64,000 bases of DNA from the NCBI GenBank assembly GCA_951406725.2, contig OX597818.1:135904001-135968000 (forward strand). Direction: 5' to 3'. Shown one piece after another: positions 62,644-64,000 of this stretch; the stretch's first letter is position 1; each line of letters starts with the position of its first letter. The notes beneath the pieces were generated by a model. The model saw only the letters and a list, made by a program, of their open reading frames with translations, had not been told where the DNA came from and searched no databases. This DNA is from Octopus vulgaris. Lineage: Eukaryota. The translations under genes and the position numbers were made by a program.

Positions 62644-64000
62644 TATCAAGCTATAAAGATTGAAAGACTAAGGTGAACTTGATGGAGGGTTCAACACCAA
62701 AATAAGAGACTTTTAATTATTTGGTAGTTTTACAAATACAGATTTCTGATATCAGCACGAGACAAAATAATTCTAGAAGAAGATTATAATTAATTGAATT
62801 GACCCTGGTACATGCCTGGTACTTATTTTCTGGTGGGATGGATGAGAAAGTCATTCTTAGTAAAACTAAATACTGTAAGGCCATCACAACAATTCTCCTT
62901 AGTATAATATACAAATACAAATAGCATACAATTTCAATACATACAATAATACAATACAAGATATTATTTAAAATTATTTTCTAGTATACAAAAGGAAGAA
63001 TAATGGAAATATTCTTCTGCTAAGTCATTCTAAATTTACAATGGTTCTATTTCAGTTTTAGGACCTTTCACTTAAATATTTCAAAATTATTATAAGTTCT
63101 AAAGAATGCCCAATCATTTACATTTGATATGGAAAATCTTAAACAGAAAAATAAACCTTTTGTAAAAAAATACAAACAAAAATTGCATATTCTGATGTAG
63201 ACATTTTGTTATCATTGAACAAAAAACCCCCAAAAACCCTTAAATATACACAAACTCTTGCTCTATTTGGAGAATAAGTAAAAGGTACTTATTGGGAAAG
63301 ATATCTGTGATAGACTTGTCTCTTATACAGGAAGATATTGTCCCAACCCTCTGAGTTTTAGTAGTTTCAAGGTAATGAGAGGGTCTCTATACAATCACTA
63401 AGTTGGAGTCTGAAGAATAATGACTTCAGCAGTCTATGATAGAATTAAATATTTTTACTACTGAAGAGCATTGTACCATTTCAGTTATAGAATAAGGATC
63501 TGAGCAGTCCAGGTGGAATTTGGAAATAACATTTACTGGCAAAGAGACCAAAAGAAAACTCATAAAAAATTACTGGAACTGGAGAAATATTAAGATCGAA
63601 ACTGATAACATAAACCTTCTTTGACAGAATGCAATTTGGAAATTTGCCTTTATTTTCTGAATTGTGCAGGTTTGATATAGTATATCATCAATTGTACATA
63701 TATAATTATTTGTACATATCTAGTCAATACATAAAAACACATTTTTTATAAAACTTATCACAGTTCTTCTAGATTTATATGGTTCTTTTGTATAAAACAT
63801 ATTTTTACTAGAATTCAAAGTTTTGCCTGACACCTATTCAGCTAGAAGTTGTCAGGTGAAACTTAAAGTCTCAGTCAAAATGAATTTTATATTAAATTTG
63901 GATCTATTTTCAGTATTGAATCTCACCATCAATAAATGTTCTGTTGTTATTCTTAAATTTATTTTACTAATAACCTTAAATTAACATTACAGTTCTTAAG

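Overview
AT-rich, repeat-dense animal genomic DNA, most likely octopus (cephalopod); this is inferred from the SINE/LINE families. The only host gene I can support is a minus-strand neuroglian/L1CAM-family Ig cell-adhesion gene. Nine phase-consistent coding exons run from the signal-peptide exon (32381-32453) through four Ig domains to 1267 (1351 nt, about 450 codons), and the gene continues past the window start. One intron needs a GC donor. An 87-nt symmetric exon between the signal peptide and Ig1, preceded by a YCAY cluster, looks like a regulated cassette exon. Positions 32.5-64 kb are 5'UTR intron or upstream sequence with no supported CDS. The rest is mobile-element debris: at least four tRNA-headed SINE families, RTE and CR1 LINE fragments, Penelope-like remnants with hammerhead-ribozyme-like motifs, non-autonomous Helitrons, piggyBac and hAT MITEs, Tc1/mariner fossils and several long fold-backs. 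Most short ORFs in the supplied track are repeat artefacts. I found no convincing new multi-gene system. The best leads are RNA-level: the hammerhead-bearing palindrome, the tailless SINE with paired ends, the cassette exon and the inverted-repeat dsRNA.
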